From an uncultured delta proteobacterium (GTDB lineage Bacteria > Desulfobacterota > Desulfobacteria > Desulfobacterales > Desulfosalsimonadaceae), in the NCBI GenBank assembly GCA_963826785.1, contig CAWGYD010000006.1, positions 352,001 through 416,000 of the forward strand: a stretch of DNA of 64,000 nucleotides. The letters run 5' to 3'. The position numbers and the translations under genes were made by a program. The notes below the pieces were generated by a model. It was not told the DNA's origin. It saw nothing but the letters and a program-made list of their open reading frames with translations, and searched no databases. How positions within the stretch are numbered: position 1 is the first letter of the stretch; each line of letters begins with the position of its first letter. Of the stretch, positions 58,297 to 64,000 are shown one piece after another.

Positions 58297-58576
58297 GGCA
58301 AATCCTTTGTATATACCTGGGTGAACCATCTATCAGCGCGTAAACGAAAACCGTCTATTTGCCCGATATCTGCGTCAGGAACCAAATCCGATGAAACAGC
58401 AGAAGGAATCGGCGATTACCGTTTTGGGACAGACAGGCATTTACCATACTCGCTCTTATATCGAGAATCAATAAAACATCCGGTATCTGTGAAGTGCCGG
58501 CATTGCCGGATCATGCATGCAAAAAACCACAGGAGGCCCGGGCGGAAATTTTTTTTGGACTGACTGAGAATAAGCA

Positions 58577-58605
58577 TTGACAGGCTGTTCTCCAATCGGT
58601 ATGCA
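58577..58605 (+). promoter_or_regulatory. Sigma70-type promoter of the Ni/Co ECF operon
   Basis: TTGACA-17 nt-TATGCA. Confidence 0.5.
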
Positions 58606-58741
58606 TTCGATATCGCTGGGCAGAAGTCCGCATCAGAATTGATTTTTTAGATATTTTCGGAAAATAAGACAACCACGAAGGTAAGGGGTCATGAAGACGC
58701 CGGAACTGTTCGTGGTTTTTTGTTTTTCAAGGGAGGAAAAA

Positions 58742-59521
58742 ATGAAAATAAGATTGATGCTGACAGCTGTTTTGCTGGGATTCTTTTTTGCGAACCCGCC
58801 TTCTGCTTCCGCCCATTTCGGCATGGTGATCCCGTCGGATTCCATGGTGATGCAGGGGGAGGCCCGGGATATTGCCCTTACCCTCTCCTTTTCCCATCCC
58901 TTTGAAATGGTGGGGATGGACATGGGAAAACCCGAGTCATTTCAGGTGTATTACAACGGCAAGGGAAAGGACCTCACGCCAACCCTTGAAAAAACATCGG
59001 TCATGGGCCGTACCGCCTGGAAAACCCGCTATTCAATCTCGAGGCCCGGCGCCTACGTCTTTGCCATGACGCCGCAGCCGTACTGGGAGCCGGCCGAGGA
59101 TCTGTTTATTATTCATTACACCAAGACCGTGGTGGCCGCCTTCGGCCTGGACGAGGGCTGGGACAAAGAAATCGGTTTAAAAACCGAAATCGTTCCCCTG
59201 TCCAAACCATACGGTCTGTATGCGGCAAATGTATTCCAGGGAATCGTCAAGATGGACGGCAAAGCCGTTCCCCATGCCCAGGTGGAGGTTGAATATTACA
59301 ACGAAGGTAAAACGGTCAAGGCGCCCACGGACTACATGATCGCGCAGACCATCAAGGCCGATGAGAACGGCATTTTCACCTATGCCGCGCCAGCGCCCGG
59401 CTGGTGGGGGTTTGCCGCCCTGAATACCGCCGATTACACCCTTAAAAAGGATGGCGAGCCCAAAGAAGTGGAATTGGGGGCGGTCATCTGGGTGAAATTT
59501 CATCCGTGGAATGAGAAATAA
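58742..59521 (+). CDS. DUF4198 periplasmic component of the Ni/Co transporter
   Basis: Signal peptide ending ASA-HF, FSHPFE, PYWEPAED, EIVPL and GWWGFAAL. Confidence 0.85.
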   Translation: MKIRLMLTAVLLGFFFANPPSASAHFGMVIPSDSMVMQGEARDIALTLSFSHPFEMVGMDMGKPESFQVYYNGKGKDLTPTLEKTSVMGRTAWKTRYSISRPGAYVFAMTPQPYWEPAEDLFIIHYTKTVVAAFGLDEGWDKEIGLKTEIVPLSKPYGLYAANVFQGIVKMDGKAVPHAQVEVEYYNEGKTVKAPTDYMIAQTIKADENGIFTYAAPAPGWWGFAALNTADYTLKKDGEPKEVELGAVIWVKFHPWNEK

Positions 59522-59557
59522 TGAAATTCATTTTTTAAAAAACGGGAAATATTGTTC

Positions 59558-60169
59558 ATGCACATTTCTGAAGGCATCCTCTCGGCCCCGGTCCTGATTT
59601 CCTCCGGGGCACTGGCCGCTGCCGGGACCGCCATCGGCCTTAAAAATCTCGATTATGAGAAGATCCCCCAGACCGGCATCCTGTCCGCCGCTTTTTTCGT
59701 GGCCTCCCTGATCCATGTCCCGGTGGGTCCGGGAAGCGTTCACCTGATTCTAAACGGAATTGTGGGGCTTCTTCTGGGATGGTGCGCCTTTCCGGCGATT
59801 CTCATCGCCCTGGTCCTGCAGGCCGTGTTTTTCCAGTTCGGCGGCATCACCACACTGGGCATCAACACCTTGATTATGGCTCTTCCGGCGGTCATCTGTT
59901 ATTACCTGTTCTCACCCCTGATCTCCGGATCACGCAATTTGACCATTGCCGCCGCCTTTGCCTGCGGTTTCGGATCGGTGCTGCTCAGCGCCCTGATCAC
60001 GGCCGGGGCGCTCATCTTTACGGAAGAAAACTTTACCAAAGTCGCATACCTCGTGGTGGCGGCCAACCTGCCGGTGATGCTGATCGAAGGCGTGGTGACG
60101 GTTTTTTGCATCCTGTTTCTCAAAAAAGTACAGCCCGGCCTGATCTCTGCTTCAAGGAGCGCACCATGA
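59558..60169 (+). CDS. cbiM: Ni/Co ECF substrate-binding component CbiM/NikM
   Basis: MHISEG N-terminus, FFVASLIHVP and GGITTLGIN. Confidence 0.9.
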   Translation: MHISEGILSAPVLISSGALAAAGTAIGLKNLDYEKIPQTGILSAAFFVASLIHVPVGPGSVHLILNGIVGLLLGWCAFPAILIALVLQAVFFQFGGITTLGINTLIMALPAVICYYLFSPLISGSRNLTIAAAFACGFGSVLLSALITAGALIFTEENFTKVAYLVVAANLPVMLIEGVVTVFCILFLKKVQPGLISASRSAP

Positions 60170-60792
60170 ATAAATTTTGCATTATGATTCTGTTTCTGAC
60201 AGTGTTGATCGTCTCCGGCACGGCGGGTCAAGCGCATGCCCACCGGGTGGTGGTGTTTGCCTGGATCGACGGGAATACGGTCTATACGGAAAGCAGTTTC
60301 CCCGACGGCCGTAAAATCACCGATGGAGACATCACGGTTTATGACGGGAAGGGAACTGTCCGGGTCACCGGCAAACCCGATGAAAAAGGCGAATTCTCCT
60401 TTAAAATTCCGGATGCCGACCGGCTCCGGATCGTCCTGAATGCCGGCATGGGCCATCAGGGGGAATGGATCATCCCGGAAAAGGAACTCCGATCCGCGGC
60501 ATCCGGGATTAAAATTTCGACCCCAGAAGCCGAAGCCTCCTTGAAGGATGCCGGTGCATCGGATCAAAAGGCGCCGGACATGAACATAAAGCGGCCTGTG
60601 GCCGGACTGGATGAAACAGCCGTCCGGCAGATCGTTTCATCGGTCCTCGACGACAGGCTCAAACCGATCAAGAAAACCCTGGCCGAAATCCAGCAGAAAA
60701 AAGGACCCGCCGTTTCAGACATCTTCGGCGGCATCGGCTATATTCTGGGCCTGATGGGGATTGCCGCCTGGTTTTATTCGAAAAAAAAGTAG
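60166..60792 (+). CDS. CbiL/NikL-like component
   Basis: Signal peptide AHA-HRV, GMGH and C-terminal DIFGGIGYILGLMG. Confidence 0.78.
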   Translation: MNKFCIMILFLTVLIVSGTAGQAHAHRVVVFAWIDGNTVYTESSFPDGRKITDGDITVYDGKGTVRVTGKPDEKGEFSFKIPDADRLRIVLNAGMGHQGEWIIPEKELRSAASGIKISTPEAEASLKDAGASDQKAPDMNIKRPVAGLDETAVRQIVSSVLDDRLKPIKKTLAEIQQKKGPAVSDIFGGIGYILGLMGIAAWFYSKKK

Positions 60793-60795
60793 CCC

Positions 60796-61554
60796 ATGTT
60801 TGAAGAACCGTTTGCAGAAGGAATATCGCCGATCCACCGCATTGATCCGCGGATGCGGGTGGTTTCCGCCGTTTTGTTTTCCTTTGCCGTGGCCCTTTTC
60901 TACGATCCTTTGACGCTGTTGATGGCGCTGGCCGTCTCCGTCTGCCTTATTCTGATATCCCGGGCGGACCTGAAGAAAGTGGCGAAGCGTCTGTTTTTCG
61001 TAAACGGATTTATCCTGCTCTTCTGGATCATTCTGCCGCTGACCTATGGCGGAGAAAAAACGCCTTTGTGGGGACCCTTTGCCGTTTCGAAAACAGGCAT
61101 TCTCATGGCGGCGGTGATCACATTAAAATCAAATGCCATTCTCATCGCCTTGATCGCTCTTATCTCCACCATGTCGTTTGCCACACTGGGGCACACCTTG
61201 AACCGGCTGAAAATCCCGGATAAGCTGGTCTATTTACTGCTGCTGACCTATCGCTACATTTTCGTCATCGAACAGGAATACGGCAAGGTCATGCGGGCCA
61301 TCAAGATCCGCGGATTTACGCCCAGGACATCGCTTCATACCTATAAAACCTACGCGTATGTCATCGGCATGCTGTTTATCCGCGCCGCCGAACGGGCGGA
61401 GCGGGTTTATCAGGCCATGCGGTGCCGGGGTTTTGACGGCCGGTTTTACACCCTGGCGGAATTTAGAACCTCCCTGAGCAGCTGGCTTTTCATGGTGTTC
61501 ATGACGGCGGTTACCCTTTTTCTCATCGCAATGGAGATTTTTTATCATGGATGA
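60796..61554 (+). CDS. cbiQ: ECF transmembrane component CbiQ
   Basis: IHRIDPR, YRYI, RGF and RAERVYQAMRCRGF. Confidence 0.9.
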   Translation: MFEEPFAEGISPIHRIDPRMRVVSAVLFSFAVALFYDPLTLLMALAVSVCLILISRADLKKVAKRLFFVNGFILLFWIILPLTYGGEKTPLWGPFAVSKTGILMAAVITLKSNAILIALIALISTMSFATLGHTLNRLKIPDKLVYLLLLTYRYIFVIEQEYGKVMRAIKIRGFTPRTSLHTYKTYAYVIGMLFIRAAERAERVYQAMRCRGFDGRFYTLAEFRTSLSSWLFMVFMTAVTLFLIAMEIFYHG

Positions 61555-62278
61555 TGCGGCACCGCTGATTCGCCTTACGGACCTGGCGTTTTCATACGAC
61601 GGCAAACGGCCGGTATTGAAAGACCTTCACCTGGCGTTTTACCGGGGTGACCGGGTCGGACTGCTGGCGCCCAACGGCAGCGGCAAAACCACGCTGTTTC
61701 ATCTCATCATGGGGCTGCTCACGCCGGATGCCGGCAGCATAGAGATCTTCGGGGAAAAGATGGAATCAGAAGCGGATTTTTCCCGCACCCGCACCAAAAT
61801 CGGATTTTTGTTCCAGGATGCCGATGACCAGCTTTTTTCCCCCACGGTTATCGAAGACGTGGCTTTCGGCCCACTGAATATGGGAAAATCCCGGGAAGAG
61901 GCCATTGCTTTATCTAAAAAAGTATTGGATTTTTTAGGAATTGCCCACCTTGAACACCGGATCACCTTTAAACTGTCCGGGGGGGAAAAAAAGCTGGTCT
62001 CCCTGGCCACGGTGCTGTCCATGGAACCTCAGATCCTGCTGCTGGACGAACCTTTGACCGGACTGGATATGGACACCCGGGCCATATTGAAAAAGGTGCT
62101 GCTCCAGCTGAACATCTCGTTTATGGTGATTTCCCACGACATCGAGTTCTTAAAGGAAATGACCACCAGCGTCTATACCCTCAGAAACGGCACCCTCGTC
62201 TCCGACGACCAGGTCTATGTGCACCAGCACGATCATGCCCACGTGCTGGGGTATGTCCCCCATCAGCATGAGAAATAA
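61547..62278 (+). CDS. cbiO: ECF ATPase CbiO with a His-rich tail
   Basis: NGSGKTT, FQDADDQLF.PTV.EDVAFGP, LSGGEK and LLLDEP; tail HQHDHAH...HQH. Confidence 0.9.
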   Translation: MDDAAPLIRLTDLAFSYDGKRPVLKDLHLAFYRGDRVGLLAPNGSGKTTLFHLIMGLLTPDAGSIEIFGEKMESEADFSRTRTKIGFLFQDADDQLFSPTVIEDVAFGPLNMGKSREEAIALSKKVLDFLGIAHLEHRITFKLSGGEKKLVSLATVLSMEPQILLLDEPLTGLDMDTRAILKKVLLQLNISFMVISHDIEFLKEMTTSVYTLRNGTLVSDDQVYVHQHDHAHVLGYVPHQHEK

Positions 62279-62321
62279 TCGGGGGTAAACAGACCGGAAT
62301 TCCTCATGTTTTTTTTGGGGA

Positions 62322-62630
62322 CTACTCCGGATCGGATTCATCCGTGTGTTCAGGCTCGTCCCCGATATCCCGTTGGCCCTTCTTTCCCCGTATCAGCCGG
62401 ATGACTCCGTAAAGGCGGTATACCAGCCCCGCAAGGATCACCGCACTGATCATGATGATCAGGTTGGAGCTGAAAAAGGTGATGATAAAATAGAAGGGGT
62501 TGTCCATCTTGTAGGCATGAATGAGAACCTCGATGCCAAAATACAGAAAAAAAATGGAAATCAGGATCAGGATGATCTGCCAGCCCCACCAGAGGTAATT
62601 GTAGTAGGCGTCTTTGAGGTTTAATTTCAT
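62322..62630 (-). CDS. Hypothetical membrane protein
   Basis: Two hydrophobic segments; 102 aa. Confidence 0.6.
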   Translation of the reverse strand: MKLNLKDAYYNYLWWGWQIILILISIFFLYFGIEVLIHAYKMDNPFYFIITFFSSNLIIMISAVILAGLVYRLYGVIRLIRGKKGQRDIGDEPEHTDESDPE

Positions 62631-62649
62631 GGCATATGGGGCCCCGGCG

Positions 62650-62870
62650 CAATGTTTATTTTGTTATTGATATTTTGTCGATAAATGAATAGTTTTGAAC
62701 AATTCTGATCGGGCGGACAAAATCAATCGTTTTTCATTTCATTCTCATACGACTTCTGTCGTTCCGATGTTCTCCAATAGACATGCATAATCAGAGATTT
62801 AGCAACTTATTAGAGTTATGAACACCTCATATTCTTATATATGTTTAATTAAAAAAACAATAAGGGTAAT
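62650..62870. other. Candidate replication origin (oriC)
   Basis: AT-rich; degenerate DnaA boxes at 62676 (rc TTATCGACA), 62693 (TTTTGAACA) and 62816 (TTATGAACA); IHF-like AATCAATCGTTTT; directly upstream of dnaN. Confidence 0.45.
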
Positions 62871-62873
62871 CAG

Positions 62874-64000
62874 ATGCGGTTTACAATAGACAAAAAACAG
62901 ATCAACGAAGTTCTGTCCAGTATCCAGGGTATCACCGGCCGCAAGACCAGCTTTGCCATAACCGAAAATGTACTCATTCGGACCGGTGAAAACAATGTGA
63001 CCCTGTCGGCAACCGATCTTGAAACCGGATTTGAAGGGGTTTACGCCGCTGAAGTGGAAGACGGCGGTATCGCTGCTGTAAATGCCCGTAAACTCTATGA
63101 CATCGTGCGCATGTTTCCCAGCGAGCGGATCATTTTCGAAGAACAGGAAAACCGATGGATCCGGATTACCTCGGAAACGGAAAAAGCACTGGAGTACCAC
63201 CTGCTGGGGATGAACCCCGACGACTACCCGGAAATCCCGAAAATAGAAGACGTCCGATTGGTCAACGTCAATTCCGCCGCATTTAAAAAGATGATCGAAA
63301 AATCGGTCATGATCAGTGTGGCCGGTGATGAAAAGCGCGAACATATGATCGGGGTGCATTTCGAAATCATATCTGAAAAAAACAACAAGATGCTTAGAAT
63401 GGTATCCACCGATATCAAGCGGCTATCCAAGGTGGATTATCTTTTTGAACCCCAGGCCGAAATCGATGAGAGCCAGATCGTCATCGTCCCCAAGAAAGGG
63501 CTGAACGAGGTCAACAAATTCATCGAATTTGAAGGCGAGGTGGGGATCTGCGTCAAGGGAAATCACCTGGTGGTCAAGAAGGAAAATGAAACCATCATCT
63601 TGAACCTGCTGGAGGGCGAATTTCCGGCATTCGATGACATTTTGAAAATCGATACGGACTTTGACATCGAATTTGACAACGATTTGCTCATGATGATGAT
63701 GAAGCGGATGTCCATCGTCACCTCTGATGAATACCGGGCGGTCATCTTTAAATTTGCCAACCATGAACTGGAAGTCCGGGCGGTAAACCCCAATGTGGGC
63801 GAATCAAAGGAGCACATGGAGATCGTCTTCGACCGGGAATCGTTTGAAGCCGGCTTCAACCCCCGTTTTTTCATCGAGGCGCTCAACCATATCGAAGAAG
63901 ACAAGGTGTGGTTAAACATCCGGGACCGGGAACATCCCTGCAGCTTGAGGGGGAAGAACGACACAAACTATCTGAACATCATTATGCCCATGAAGTTTTA
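62874..64000 (+). CDS. dnaN: DNA polymerase III beta sliding clamp (stop codon cut by the window end)
   Basis: Manual translation MRFTIDKKQINEVLSSIQGITGRK..LSATDLE..ARKLYDIVR..DDYP..VSTDIKRL..IVPKKGL..GFNPRF..IIMPMKF; 375 aa. Confidence 0.95.
   Translation, partial: MRFTIDKKQINEVLSSIQGITGRKTSFAITENVLIRTGENNVTLSATDLETGFEGVYAAEVEDGGIAAVNARKLYDIVRMFPSERIIFEEQENRWIRITSETEKALEYHLLGMNPDDYPEIPKIEDVRLVNVNSAAFKKMIEKSVMISVAGDEKREHMIGVHFEIISEKNNKMLRMVSTDIKRLSKVDYLFEPQAEIDESQIVIVPKKGLNEVNKFIEFEGEVGICVKGNHLVVKKENETIILNLLEGEFPAFDDILKIDTDFDIEFDNDLLMMMMKRMSIVTSDEYRAVIFKFANHELEVRAVNPNVGESKEHMEIVFDRESFEAGFNPRFFIEALNHIEEDKVWLNIRDREHPCSLRGKNDTNYLNIIMPMKF

Noticed and set aside
58330..58741. Cobalamin riboswitch upstream of the cbiM operon
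   Set aside because: No GGGAA...GCCACTG...GGGAAG or B12-box elements visible

Overview
A 64-kb chromosomal window from a GC-rich anaerobe, most likely a Desulfobacterales-type deltaproteobacterium (inferred from dapL, sirC-ccsA-hemA, oadGB, the TIGR03960 radical SAM gene and the repeat style). It runs from rnpA/rpmH (minus strand, left edge) to dnaN (plus strand, right edge) with no dnaA in between, and there is a candidate oriC just upstream of dnaN. The housekeeping blocks are rng, pabA/pabBC, hemA, dksA, rnc, rhlB, PBP1A and a Ni/Co ECF transporter. Four accessory features interrupt them. (1) An AT-rich integron cassette array at about 22.1-25.2 kb, with an attI-like site, two attC sites, higBA and a duplicated 137-bp non-coding element; an IS66 element without a target duplication sits where the integrase should be. 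(2) An orphan glycyl radical enzyme followed by a MaoC dehydratase. (3) C/G-rich REP-like repeats, one array of which encloses a terminally truncated IS1634 fragment. (4) A 16-kb lipid A / envelope remodelling island (two ArnT-like transferases, LpxL, PAP2, a beta-barrel, an RND pump, GT2 and a two-component system) with three copies of a four-part 11-bp-periodic response-regulator box. Several single-base frameshifts (DHH, PBP1A, RND permease, arnT-2) probably reflect sequencing indels. All protein family calls were made from recognised motifs, without database searches.
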